From an uncultured Gemmatimonadales bacterium (lineage in GTDB: Bacteria; Gemmatimonadota; Gemmatimonadetes; Gemmatimonadales; GWC2-71-9): DNA of 64,000 bases. The translations under genes and the position numbers were made by a program. The stretch is taken from positions 838,791-902,790 of the forward strand of contig CAVQSR010000001.1 in NCBI GenBank assembly GCA_963716055.1, in the 5' to 3' direction. Numbering within the stretch: position 1 is the first letter of the stretch; every line of letters begins with the position of its first letter. Positions 1 to 9,247 of this stretch are shown here, in pieces. Below the pieces are notes generated by a model. It did not search any database and was not told where the DNA came from. It worked only from the letters and a program-made list of their open reading frames with translations.

Positions 1-2866
1 GGTTCGTGAGCAGGTTCGCCGCCGCCTCGCGGAAGTGGAACGGGACGAACACCTGACCCCGCGCCACGCGATTCGACACCCGGACCGCCGTCACCATGGA
101 ATTGCGCCGCGACGTGATGCGCACCAGATCGCCGTCCGACACGCCAATGTCCCGGGCGTCGTCGGGGTGCACCTCCACGATGGGGGTCGGCTCGCGCGAG
201 TCGAGGCCGCTGGCGCGCCGCGTCATGGTCCCCGTGTGCCAGTGGTACAGCTGACGCCCGGTGTTCATCACGAACGGGAACTGCGCGTCGGGCAGCTCCA
301 CCGGCGGCGCGTACTCCACCGGCACGAACCGGGCGCGGCCGTCATCGGTCGGGAACCGGTCCGCGAAGAGGTACGACATCCCCGGGTGGTCGGGCGTGGG
401 CACGGGATACTGGAGTCCCGCGCCCTCGAGGCGGGCATACGTCACGCCGGCCCAGGAGGGCGTGACGGTCGCGATCTCCCGCATCACGTCTTCGGCCGTG
501 GCGAACGCGGTGGGCAGGCCGAGCCGGTTCGACAGGTCGATGAGGATCTCGAGGTCGCCACGGGCCTGTCCGGGCGGTGCGAGGGCGCGGTGGCTCACCT
601 GGATGCGGCGCTCGGTGTTCACGAAGGTGCCGGTCTTCTCGGCGAACGAGGACCCCGGCAGGACGACGTCGGCGTACCGCGCCGTCTCGGTGAGGAACAG
701 GTCGTGCACCACCAGGAACTCGAGCCGCCGGAACCACGCCTCGGCGTGCGCGATGTCGGGGTCCGAGATGATCGGGTTCTCGCCCATGATGTACATGGCG
801 CGGACGCCGCTCTCGGGCTTCGTGATCTCCGTGACCATCAAGCCGTCCACCGCCGACATCGCCTCGGGGTCCACGCCCCAGGCCCGGGCGAAGCGCTCGC
901 GCGCCGCCGGGTCGGTGACCGGCTGATAGTCCGTGTACACGAAGGGGATCGCCCCCATGTCGGAGGCGCCCTGCACGTTGTTCTGTCCCCGGATCGGCAT
1001 CATCGCCGCGCCCCAGCGGCCGATCATCCCGCAGGCGAACATCAGGTTGAGCAACGTCGTCACGATGTCGGTGCCGGTGGCGTGCTGCGTCAGCCCCATC
1101 GCCCACAGCGTGCTCGAGTTCGGCCCGCGCGCATAGGTCTCGGCCGCCCGGCGGATCAGGTCCGCGGGCACGCCACAGATCCGCGCCGCGGTGTCGGGGT
1201 CGTAGGCACGCACCACCTGGCGGACCGCGTCGAAGTCGTGCGTCCGCGCCGCGATGAAGTCCCGGTCCTCGAGGCCGCTCGCGATCACGTGATGGAGCAT
1301 CGCCGAGTACAGCGCGACGTCGGTTCCCGGCTGCATCTGCAGGTGGATCTCGGCCCGATCGGCGAGCTCCGTGCGCCGGGGATCGGCCACGATCAGCGTG
1401 GCGCCGCGCTCGTGCGCCCGCTTGATCGCCGCGCCGAATACGGGATGCGACTCCGTGGTGTTGGCCCCGGCGATGAAGATCACGTCGGCGGCATGCTCGA
1501 CCTCGCGCATCGAGCCGGACGCCGCCGCCGTGTTGATCGCGCGCTGCATCGCCGCCACGGACGTGGAGTGGCACAGCCGCGTGCAATGGTCCACGTTGTT
1601 CGTGCCGATGGCCCCGCGGAACATCCGCTGGATCAGGTAGTTTTCCTCGTTGGAGCACTTCGCCGAGGAGAAACAGGCCAGCGCATCGGGCCCGTGCTCC
1701 CGCTTGATGCGGAGCACCTGCTGCGCGGCGAGCTCGAGGGCTTCGTCCCACGTGGCCTCGCGGAACGGCTCGTACCAGGACGCGGGCGTGGCGACGCGGT
1801 CGCGGAGGTCCTGATCGATGCGCTCGAGCAGCGGCAGCTCCCGCACGGATTTGCCCGTGGCGCGGGGCGGGGTCCCGGGTTTCGACTGCTGGCCCTCGTC
1901 TTCGATCGTTCGCCACGGGCCGCCGCGCCGTTCCCCTCCCGTGGGACCGGTCCACGTCCAGCGCCCGTCCCGCTGCTCCCAGCCGCGACGGATGAGTGGC
2001 ACCGTGAGCCGGTCGCGGTGCTGCGGGAAGTCGTAGCCGAACCTCCCTTTGACGCAGGTCGAGCCCTGGTTCGGGGTGTCGAGCTCGATGTCGGGCGAGG
2101 TCACGCGCACCACGCGGTCGTCGGCGACGTGCAGGTCCAGCTGGCAGCCGACGCCGCAGTACGGACAGACCGTGCGCACCACCCGCTCGGGAGCCGCGAT
2201 CTGCTCGGGCCGGAACCGCTCCCGCGGCATCACCTCGAAGATCGCGCCGGTGGGACACACCCGGACGCACTCGCCGCACCACGTGCAGCCGGCCCGGTCG
2301 GCGTCGCCGTCCGCGCCGACCACGATCTGCGTGTGTTCGCCGCGGTGCGCGACGTCGAGCACGCCGACCACCTGGATGTCCTCGCACGCCCGCACGCAGC
2401 GGGTACACAGGATGCAGGTCGTCATGTCGTGGCGGATCATCGGGTCGCCCGGGCGTTCGTCGCCGGCGCGGAGCCCCAGGTCGCGGCCGCGGACCGCCGT
2501 GGGCTCGACGCCGTAGCGCACCACGTACTGCTCGAACTCGTTGCGCGGCGACGCGCCGCCGCCGTTACGCAGGTGGTCGGCCGGATACCGCTCGAGCAGG
2601 AGCCGGAGCACGCCCTTGCGATTCTGGACGGCGGCGTGCGATTCCGTGGTCACCTTCATGCCGTCCGCGACCTTGACCGCGCAGGCGGGCACGAGCTTGG
2701 GCTGGCCCTCGACCGAAACGAGGCAGATGCGGCAATTGCCGACCACCGGCAGTGTGGGGTACCAGCACAGCGTCGGAATCTCGATGCCGGCGGCCCGGGC
2801 GGCGTCGAGGATCGTCTGCTCGGGATGGGCCGTGAGGGGACGGCCGTTGATGGTCAGCGACAGCAT
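1..2866 (-). CDS. fdhF: Formate dehydrogenase alpha-subunit-type molybdopterin oxidoreductase (FdhF/FdsA-like, Cys active site); C-terminus cut by window edge
   Basis: Absent from the ORF track because it runs off position 1. Reverse-strand reading from ATG 2866..2864 gives MLSLTINGRPLTAHPEQTILDAARAAGIEIPTLCWYPTLPVVGNCRICLVSVEG (2Fe-2S). It continues with CILCTRCVRACE and CTWCGECVRVCPTGA (4Fe-4S), VCPYCGVGCQLDLHV (MopB cluster) and NVDHCTRLCHSTSV (active-site Cys). It ends ...VFVPFHFREAAANLLTN at position 2. Confidence 0.85.
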   Translation of the reverse strand, partial: MLSLTINGRPLTAHPEQTILDAARAAGIEIPTLCWYPTLPVVGNCRICLVSVEGQPKLVPACAVKVADGMKVTTESHAAVQNRKGVLRLLLERYPADHLRNGGGASPRNEFEQYVVRYGVEPTAVRGRDLGLRAGDERPGDPMIRHDMTTCILCTRCVRACEDIQVVGVLDVAHRGEHTQIVVGADGDADRAGCTWCGECVRVCPTGAIFEVMPRERFRPEQIAAPERVVRTVCPYCGVGCQLDLHVADDRVVRVTSPDIELDTPNQGSTCVKGRFGYDFPQHRDRLTVPLIRRGWEQRDGRWTWTGPTGGERRGGPWRTIEDEGQQSKPGTPPRATGKSVRELPLLERIDQDLRDRVATPASWYEPFREATWDEALELAAQQVLRIKREHGPDALACFSSAKCSNEENYLIQRMFRGAIGTNNVDHCTRLCHSTSVAAMQRAINTAAASGSMREVEHAADVIFIAGANTTESHPVFGAAIKRAHERGATLIVADPRRTELADRAEIHLQMQPGTDVALYSAMLHHVIASGLEDRDFIAARTHDFDAVRQVVRAYDPDTAARICGVPADLIRRAAETYARGPNSSTLWAMGLTQHATGTDIVTTLLNLMFACGMIGRWGAAMMPIRGQNNVQGASDMGAIPFVYTDYQPVTDPAARERFARAWGVDPEAMSAVDGLMVTEITKPESGVRAMYIMGENPIISDPDIAHAEAWFRRLEFLVVHDLFLTETARYADVVLPGSSFAEKTGTFVNTERRIQVSHRALAPPGQARGDLEILIDLSNRLGLPTAFATAEDVMREIATVTPSWAGVTYARLEGAGLQYPVPTPDHPGMSYLFADRFPTDDGRARFVPVEYAPPVELPDAQFPFVMNTGRQLYHWHTGTMTRRASGLDSREPTPIVEVHPDDARDIGVSDGDLVRITSRRNSMVTAVRVSNRVARGQVFVPFHFREAAANLLTN

Positions 2867-2949
2867 ACTGCAATAGACACCCGAAAAGAGGGTGGTTGCA
2901 AGACGTCCGGTGGACGGTAGAGTTCCAAGACGCCAAGTCGTGAGGTCGC

Positions 2950-4527
2950 ATGGATCGTCGTGATTTCGTGATCAGCACCGCCGGAACCGCCGCAGCGCTG
3001 GCGCTGGCGCGGCCCCTTCGCGCCGCCCCGCAGGCCGACGCAGCCATCCGCGAGCTGTGCCTGCGGGCCCTCGAGGCCGCGCGGGCGGCGGGGGCGGTCT
3101 ACGCCGACGTGCGGGTCAACCGCAATCGCTCCCAGTCGGTGGCCACGCGCGAGCAGCAGATCACCGGCGCCAATGAGTCGGAGACGTTCGGCTTCGGCGT
3201 CCGGGTCCTGGTCGACGGCGCGTGGGGGTTCGCGGCGAGCCGCGAGCTGACCCGCGAGGAAGTGGCGCGCGTCGCCCGCAGCGCCGCCGCCCAGGCGCGG
3301 GCCAACCGCCGCGCGACGCGCCGGCCCGTGACCCTGGCGCCCGTGGAGCCGGTCGCCGACGGCCGCTGGCAGAGCCCGATCGAGATCGATCCCTTCAAGG
3401 TGCCGCTCGAGGACAAGATCGAGCTGCTCCTCAAGGCGAATGCGCAGGCCCTCGCGGTGCCGGGGGCGCGGTTCGTCAACTCGTCACTGTCGTTCTTCCT
3501 GCAGGAGAAGACGTTCGCCTCGACCGACGACATCTTCACCGTGCAGCACATTTACCGCTGTCTGCCGCAAATGACGGTGACGGCGGTGAGTCCGCAGGCC
3601 GGCGACTTCCAGACGCGGAATTCGGCCGAGGTGGCGCCGATGGGGCTGGGGTACGAGTGGGTGCTGCGCGCCGACCTGATCGGCAACGCCCCCCGATGGG
3701 CGGAGGAGGCGGTGCAGAAGCTGTCCGCCAAGTCGGTCGAGGCGGGCCGCTACGACCTGGTGCTCGACCCCCACCATCTCTTTCTCACGATCCACGAGTC
3801 GATCGCGCATCCCACCGAGCTCGACCGGGTGCTGGGCTACGAGGCCAACTACGCCGGGACGAGCTTCGCGGCGCCGCCCGAGGCGGTGCTGGGGAAGCTC
3901 CAGTACGGGCCCGAGTTCATGAACGTCCAAGGGGACCGCGCGCAGCCCGGGTCACTGTCGGCCTGCGGCTGGGACGACGACGGCGTCGCGCCGGAAACCT
4001 ATCTCCTGATCCGCGACGGCATTCTGGTGGACTACCAGACCACCCGCGATCAGGTCGAATGGATCCGGCCGTTCACCGGCCGCACCCGCTCGCACGGGTG
4101 CTCGTACGCCGAATCGTGGGCGGACGTGCAGTTCCAGCGCATGCCCAACATCTCCCTGCTGCCGGGGGAGCGGGATCTCGCCGTGGACGATCTGATCGCC
4201 GCCACGGACAAGGGGATCTACATCGTCGGGCGCGGGTCGTACTCGATCGACCAGCAGCGGTACAACTTCCAGTTCGGCGGCCAGGTGTTCTACGAGATTC
4301 AGGGCGGCAAGATCGTGGGCATGCTCAAGGACGTCGCCTATCAGGCGCGCACCACCGACTTCTGGAACGCGCTCGACATGCTCGGGGGGCGGGCGTCCTA
4401 CGTGCTCAACGGCTCGTTCAACGACGGCAAGGGCCAGCCGTCGCAGTCGAACGCCGTGAGCCACGGGTGCCCGCCGGCCCGGTTCCGCGACGTGAACGTG
4501 ATCAACACGGGGAGGTACCGTGGCTGA
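2950..4527 (+). CDS. TldD-family metallopeptidase with twin-arginine (Tat) signal
   Basis: 525-aa track ORF. N-terminus is MDRRDFVISTAGTAAALALARPLRAAP (RR motif plus hydrophobic region). It has a TldD-type HExxxH (HESIAHPTE). Its stop overlaps the next gene's GTG start by 8 nt. Confidence 0.85.
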   Translation: MDRRDFVISTAGTAAALALARPLRAAPQADAAIRELCLRALEAARAAGAVYADVRVNRNRSQSVATREQQITGANESETFGFGVRVLVDGAWGFAASRELTREEVARVARSAAAQARANRRATRRPVTLAPVEPVADGRWQSPIEIDPFKVPLEDKIELLLKANAQALAVPGARFVNSSLSFFLQEKTFASTDDIFTVQHIYRCLPQMTVTAVSPQAGDFQTRNSAEVAPMGLGYEWVLRADLIGNAPRWAEEAVQKLSAKSVEAGRYDLVLDPHHLFLTIHESIAHPTELDRVLGYEANYAGTSFAAPPEAVLGKLQYGPEFMNVQGDRAQPGSLSACGWDDDGVAPETYLLIRDGILVDYQTTRDQVEWIRPFTGRTRSHGCSYAESWADVQFQRMPNISLLPGERDLAVDDLIAATDKGIYIVGRGSYSIDQQRYNFQFGGQVFYEIQGGKIVGMLKDVAYQARTTDFWNALDMLGGRASYVLNGSFNDGKGQPSQSNAVSHGCPPARFRDVNVINTGRYRG

Positions 4528-5869
4528 GGGACTCACCCGGGAGGAAGCGAAGCAGCTCACTGACCGCGTGCTCGCCCGCTCGACGGCCGAGGGATGCCAG
4601 GTGAGCCTGGGCTCGGGCGTAGACGGCAACACGCGTTTCGCCGCGAACCAGATCTCCACGTCGGGCGATACCAGCAACGCGGTGCTCACCGTGACCTCGC
4701 GCTTCGGGAAGCGCCAGGCGTCGGTGACGACCAACGTGTTCGACGATGCGGGGCTCGCACGCGCCGTGGAGACCGCCGAGCGGCTGGCGCGGCTGGCGCC
4801 GGAGAACCCCGAGCAGATGCCGCTGCTCGAGCCGCAGCAGTACAGCGCCGTGGCGGGGTCGTTCGGGGCCACGGCGGGCCTCGACGCGGCGGCGCGGGCG
4901 GACGCCGTGCGCATCGCGGCCGACGCCTGCGAGCAGGCGGGACTCCTCGGCGCGGGTTTCATTCAGCGCACGGCCGGGGCGTCGGCGGTGGCGAACTCCG
5001 CCGGCCTGTTCGCCTACCATGCGTCCACCGAGGCGGCCTGCACCCTCACGGTCCGCACGCCGGATGGCCAGGGGTCGGGTTGGGCCGGCACGGCGCACAA
5101 CGACTGGGCGCGCATGACGCCGGCCGCGACCATCGCTGAGCGCGCCATCGCCAAGGCGCGCGGCAGCCGAGCGCCCGCGGCGGTCGAGCCCGGCAAGTAC
5201 ACGGTCGTGCTCGAGCCCACCGCGGTCGGCAATCTGCTGGGCCTCATGGCCTTCGCCATGAACGCGCGGGCGGCGGACGAAGGCCGCAGCTTCTTCGCCA
5301 AGCGCGGGGGTGGCACCAAGCTCGGCGAGCGGGTGGTGGACGAGCGGGTCACGATCCTGTCCGATCCCGCCGATCCCGATCTCCTCGAGCGGCCGTGGAC
5401 GGGCGAGGGCCAGCCCGTCGGGCGCACGGTGTGGATCGAGAACGGCGTGGTGCGGAACCTGGCGTACGACCGCTACTGGGCGGGGCGCCAAGGGGTGGCT
5501 CCGGTGCCGTTCGGCGGCGGGATCCGCCTCGTCGGCGGGACGGCGACGGTGGACGATCTGGTGTCTCAGGTGGCGCGGGGTCTGCTGGTCACGCGGTTCT
5601 GGTACATCCGGGCAGTGGACCAGCGCAGCCTGCTGTTCACCGGGCTGACGCGGGACGGCCTGTTCCTGATCGAGAACGGGAGCGTCACGCGCGCGGTGCG
5701 CAATTTCCGATTCAACGAGAGTCCCGTGATCGTGCTCAACAACATCGAGGCGATCGGGCGCGCCGAGCGCGTGGCCGCGGCGGAGTCGGGCGGGGTGGGG
5801 AACAGCGTGGTCGTCCCGCCGCTGCTGGTGCGGGAGTTCACGTTCACGTCGATCAGCGAGGCGGTGTAG
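4520..5869 (+). CDS. PmbA/TldE-family metallopeptidase partner (no signal peptide)
   Basis: 449-aa track ORF with GTG start at 4520. PmbA/TldD-family fold is recognisable along the length. N-terminus MAEGLTREEAKQLTDRVLARS is not signal-like. Confidence 0.85.
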   Translation: MAEGLTREEAKQLTDRVLARSTAEGCQVSLGSGVDGNTRFAANQISTSGDTSNAVLTVTSRFGKRQASVTTNVFDDAGLARAVETAERLARLAPENPEQMPLLEPQQYSAVAGSFGATAGLDAAARADAVRIAADACEQAGLLGAGFIQRTAGASAVANSAGLFAYHASTEAACTLTVRTPDGQGSGWAGTAHNDWARMTPAATIAERAIAKARGSRAPAAVEPGKYTVVLEPTAVGNLLGLMAFAMNARAADEGRSFFAKRGGGTKLGERVVDERVTILSDPADPDLLERPWTGEGQPVGRTVWIENGVVRNLAYDRYWAGRQGVAPVPFGGGIRLVGGTATVDDLVSQVARGLLVTRFWYIRAVDQRSLLFTGLTRDGLFLIENGSVTRAVRNFRFNESPVIVLNNIEAIGRAERVAAAESGGVGNSVVVPPLLVREFTFTSISEAV

Positions 5870-5885
5870 GGACCTCGCAAACACA

Positions 5886-5914
5886 GCGGGCCGCGCCCGG
5901 TGGGCGCGGCCCGC
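5886..5914 (+). terminator. GC-rich hairpin after the PmbA-family gene (no U-tract)
   Basis: GCGGGCCGCGCC-cggtg-GGCGCGGCCCGC forms a 12-bp perfect stem 17 nt after the stop at 5869. Confidence 0.4.
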
Positions 5915-5937
5915 GAACGGTGGCGCGCGTCCCCTCT

Positions 5938-6105
5938 CTAGGCGCGCGGATCCACCGGCAGATGGCGGTGCACGTGGTCGTCGCCCTCCGCGTCGTCCGC
6001 GAACCAGCAATACGCCCAGATGCGCGCGGGCCGGACCGCCGCCCGCCCGATGCGCAGGACGATGCCGAGGGGTTCGTCATCGAGAATCAACGGCACTGTC
6101 GTCAT
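5938..6105 (-). CDS. Possible small protein (55 aa), hypothetical
   Basis: Below the track size cut-off. ATG 6105..6103 to TAG 5940..5938 reads MTTVPLILDDEPLGIVLRIGRAAVRPARIWAYCWFADDAEGDDHVHRHLPVDPRA. Third codon positions are almost all G/C, as in real genes here. No SD and no family recognised. Confidence 0.3.
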   Translation of the reverse strand: MTTVPLILDDEPLGIVLRIGRAAVRPARIWAYCWFADDAEGDDHVHRHLPVDPRA

Positions 6106-6226
6106 GATGCTCTCACGTTGGGGCCGGAGTACGCCCCTGACGTAGGCAAGGTGTCTGCCACGGCGTGAGATTACGTAAGTCGTTCTTGATAAATGCCTTA
6201 TCTGTTTCGCCGCGCTCCGGATGTCG

Positions 6227-7078
6227 TCACTTTGACACGCGTGCGATAGTGTCGTTTTGACTCTCGATTTTGACAGCGGCGAACCCGGCGCCGCGGGGAC
6301 TGCGGGGTCGCCGCACGATCTGCCACGCGGCGTACAGCTGTTGCAGTGTGTCCGGCGCGAGGGAGATCACGTCGCTGGCCTGGACTGGGGGCGCGACGAT
6401 GTGGACGCCGCCCGGGGGCGTGCGGGCCTGCAGATCGACCAGCGTCGCGGCGCGCTCGCGTGGCGTGGCGCCGGCCAGCGCGCCGGGATCGACGACGGCG
6501 AGCGCCGGCGCGCACTCGGGGAACCACCCGCCGAACTGGATCACGAGCGCGTCCACGCGGGCGGCCAGCTGTTCGGTGACGGCGCGCTGCTCGGCTGCCT
6601 CGATGGCGCGGAGGTCCTGGTCGAGCAGCAGGACGGGGGCGTCGTGGGCCGCGAGGAGCAGCGCCGCCGGGAGCCAGCGCGCGCCCAGCACGACCGCTCC
6701 GTCTCCCGGCTCGAGCCGCAGCGCGTAATCCACGAGCAGCGACTCGGTTTCGAGCCCCCAGTGGGTGGGCTGGCGTTGCGCATCGCGCAGCGCCCGGTGC
6801 TGCCGTTTCCACCGCGGGAACGACGGCAGCCGCAGCCGCTTCATGATGATACGGTCCACGTGCTCGAGGACCAGCACCTCGGTGAGCACGTACTGGCCGC
6901 CCGCACTGGCGTCGAGCTCCTTCACGGCCTCGTCGCCGATGGCGAGAATCTCCTGGCGACCCAACGTGCTTTTGTACTCCTCGATGCGCTGCAGCAGGAA
7001 CTCGTGGTACTCGCGCCGCTGCGAGCGCGGGTCGGGGTGGGGAGGGCGGGCGCGGCCGCGCGGGGCGGAGTTCAGCAC
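6227..7078 (-). CDS. Hypothetical protein (weak Rossmann/methyltransferase-like core)
   Basis: This is the 3' 284 codons of track ORF 6227..7540. The upstream part overlaps the CDF gene in another frame, so I start at in-frame GTG 7078 (GTGCTGA overlap with the CDF stop). It reads ...EYHEFLLQRIEEYKSTLGRQEILAIG...GAVVLGARWLPAALLLAAHDAPVLLLDQD... Confidence 0.55.
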   Translation of the reverse strand: MLNSAPRGRARPPHPDPRSQRREYHEFLLQRIEEYKSTLGRQEILAIGDEAVKELDASAGGQYVLTEVLVLEHVDRIIMKRLRLPSFPRWKRQHRALRDAQRQPTHWGLETESLLVDYALRLEPGDGAVVLGARWLPAALLLAAHDAPVLLLDQDLRAIEAAEQRAVTEQLAARVDALVIQFGGWFPECAPALAVVDPGALAGATPRERAATLVDLQARTPPGGVHIVAPPVQASDVISLAPDTLQQLYAAWQIVRRPRSPRGAGFAAVKIESQNDTIARVSK

Positions 7079-7974
7079 GGCTCGACGTGCACCGTCACTT
7101 CGGTGAGCGCGAGGTCGAGCTTGAGGCGCTCCTCGACCCGGTCCGCGATCAGGTGTGCGGCGGCGACGTTGGCGCCGCCGTCCACCGCGATCGTCACCTC
7201 GGCGTAGCGCACCTGCGCGTGGCTGCCGCCCCGCGAGCGGATGCCGTACGCGCTCATCACCCCGTCCACGCTTTCGGCGAGCGACCGGATCGTGGCGGGC
7301 GGGATCGCCCGCTGGTCGACCAGCACCGGCACCGCGCGCTGGAAGATGCCCACCGCGATCCACACGATGAAGCCCGCGATCCCGAGCGCGAGCACGGGGT
7401 CCACCCACCACCAGCCGCGGCGCGCGAACAGCATCCCGATGAGCACCCCGAAAGTAATGAAGACATCGGCCCGGGTGTGCGCCGCGTCGGCCAGGAGCAG
7501 GTCGCTCTCGAGCTCCCGTCCCCGGCGCTCCTCGTACCACGCGACGAGCACGTTGAGGGCGAGCGTGCCCACGAGGAGCGCGAGCTGCACGTCGGTGAGG
7601 TGCGGCGATGTCCGGGTCCCGCTCAGGAGGCGGCCCACGGAATCGCGCACCAGCTCGAAGCAGGTGATCGACATGAAGCCGACGATCGCCAGGGTGCCGA
7701 GGCTCTCGAACTTCCCGTGGCCGTAGGGATGGTCCTCGTCGGGCGGCTTGGCCGCGGCCCGCACGACCACCAGGGCGAGGACGTTGTTGAGGGCGTCGGC
7801 GGTGGAGTGCACGGCGTCGCCCAACACGGCGAGGGATCCGGCGGCGAACCCGATCACGACCTTGGCCCCCACCACCGCGGCGTTGGCGAGGAGGAGGCCC
7901 CAGAGGACGCGGCGCACCGTCGCGGACCGGGCGGAGCCGAGCTCGGGCATTCCGTCCAAGCTTGTGAGGGCCAT
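7072..7974 (-). CDS. Cation diffusion facilitator (CDF) family metal efflux transporter
   Basis: 300 aa with TM-rich N-terminal half. It carries LAVLGDAVHSTADALNN and ADAAHTRADV metal-site motifs and a cytoplasmic C-terminal domain. Confidence 0.9.
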   Translation of the reverse strand: MALTSLDGMPELGSARSATVRRVLWGLLLANAAVVGAKVVIGFAAGSLAVLGDAVHSTADALNNVLALVVVRAAAKPPDEDHPYGHGKFESLGTLAIVGFMSITCFELVRDSVGRLLSGTRTSPHLTDVQLALLVGTLALNVLVAWYEERRGRELESDLLLADAAHTRADVFITFGVLIGMLFARRGWWWVDPVLALGIAGFIVWIAVGIFQRAVPVLVDQRAIPPATIRSLAESVDGVMSAYGIRSRGGSHAQVRYAEVTIAVDGGANVAAAHLIADRVEERLKLDLALTEVTVHVEPC

Positions 7975-8001
7975 TCAGAGAGTCAACGGGGAAGACCCGC
8001 T

Positions 8002-9168
8002 TCAGGCCAGGGCGCGCAGCAACGCCCCCTTGAGATACCCCGTCTCGGGCACGGTCAGCAGCTCGGGATGGTCGGCGGCGGCACCCGGCCAGGCGAGCGC
8101 CTGGAGCCGGCGGCCGCTGTCGGCGGCGGCGGACGCCAGCATCTCCCCAAAACGCGTGCGAGTGACGTGATACGAGCAGGAACAGGTGAACAGGATGCCC
8201 CCCGGGGCCAGCATGCGCATCGCGCGCAGGTTGACCTCCTTGTATCCCGTGAGGGCGCGGGCGACGCTCTCGCGCGACTTGGCAAAGGCCGGCGGGTCGA
8301 GCACGATCGTGTCGAACCGCTCGCCGGCGCGTTCGAAGTCGCGCAACAGATCAAACGCGTTGGCTTCCTGCCAGCGCACGTTCACGAGACCGTTCAACGC
8401 GGCGTTGCGCGCGGCGCGACCCAACGCCTCGGCACTCTGATCAACGCCCAGCACCGAGCCGGACCGGCGCGCCAGGTGCAGCGCGAAGGAGCCGTGATAG
8501 GCGAACACGTCGAGCGCCCGGCCGCCGGCCGCCGCGTGCTGCGCCACGAGCCGCCGGTTCTCGCGCTGATCGAGAAACGCTCCGGTTTTCTGGCCGGTGC
8601 GCGGGGCCGCGAGATACCGCACCCCGTCTTCCTCGACCTCCACTTCGTCGGGTACGGATCCGTAGGCCACCTCGACGTCGAGGGGCAGGGCTTCGTGGCG
8701 CCGCACGGCCGCGTCGTGGCGTAACAGCACGCCCTCGGGGCGCAGGACGTCGCGGATGGCCCCGACGACGTCGTCGCGCGCGGCCTCGAGACCGGCCGAC
8801 AGCAACTGGGCGACCACGTAGGGACCGTACCGGTCCACCACGAGCGATGGCAGGCCGTCTCCCTCGGCGTGCACCACCCGGCAGGCCGTCGCCGTGATCG
8901 CCCCGCGCCGCTGCAGCGCGGCCGCGACGCGGGCGCGCCACCACGTCCCATCGATCGTCGCGTCGTCATGCGTGAGCAGACGCAGGCGGATTTCCGAGGC
9001 GGGTGAGTAGAGCGCGCGCCCGACGAGACGGCCGCGCCGATCCCGCACCGCCACGATCCCGGGCCGCCGGGTCGCGCCCCCGGGCTCGGCCACGACGTCG
9101 GTGCGGTAGATCCACGGATGGCCCGCGCGCCAGCGCGCGGCTCCCTTGGCGGTCACGACGACTTCCAT
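8002..9168 (-). CDS. rlmI: Class I SAM-dependent rRNA methyltransferase, RlmI-like (PUA-like N-terminus)
   Basis: Track ORF 8002..9360 trimmed to ATG 9168, which is preceded by GGGAGGAGTGGA. It reads MEVVVTAKGAARWRAGHPWIYRTDV..., ALDVFAYHGSFALHLA, VLDPPAFAKS. Confidence 0.8.
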   Translation of the reverse strand: MEVVVTAKGAARWRAGHPWIYRTDVVAEPGGATRRPGIVAVRDRRGRLVGRALYSPASEIRLRLLTHDDATIDGTWWRARVAAALQRRGAITATACRVVHAEGDGLPSLVVDRYGPYVVAQLLSAGLEAARDDVVGAIRDVLRPEGVLLRHDAAVRRHEALPLDVEVAYGSVPDEVEVEEDGVRYLAAPRTGQKTGAFLDQRENRRLVAQHAAAGGRALDVFAYHGSFALHLARRSGSVLGVDQSAEALGRAARNAALNGLVNVRWQEANAFDLLRDFERAGERFDTIVLDPPAFAKSRESVARALTGYKEVNLRAMRMLAPGGILFTCSCSYHVTRTRFGEMLASAAADSGRRLQALAWPGAAADHPELLTVPETGYLKGALLRALA

Positions 9169-9247
9169 TCCACTCCTCCCTCCCACGTCCCCGGGCAAAC
9201 GGGGACGGACACGGCGGACAGTCGCCGCTCCCCGTCTATGTTTCGGC

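Noticed and set aside
35-2920. Track ORFs 35..2920 (+, 961 aa) and 342..2408 (-, 688 aa), the longest ORFs at the left end
   Set aside because: Their translations are Arg/Pro/Gly/His-rich low-complexity sequence with no motifs. They are frame shadows of the real minus-strand fdh-type gene (1..2866), which is typical for ~70% GC DNA.
6257-7207. Track ORF 6257..7207 (+, 316 aa) and nested plus-strand ORFs
   Set aside because: It lies antisense to the minus-strand hypothetical and CDF genes and has no motifs. The CTTATCT string at ~6197 has no credible downstream plus-strand gene.
9169-9247. Looked for a TPP (THI-box) riboswitch in the 79-nt thiE leader
   Set aside because: There is no CUGAGA or ACCUGAUCUGGAUAAUGCCAGCG-like core. 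The leader does contain mutually exclusive pairings: CGTCCCCG 9186..9193 with CGGGGACG 9200..9207, versus ACGGGGA 9199..9205 with TCCCCGT 9229..9235. Such G/C-run complementarity is expected by chance at this GC content, and there is no U-tract.
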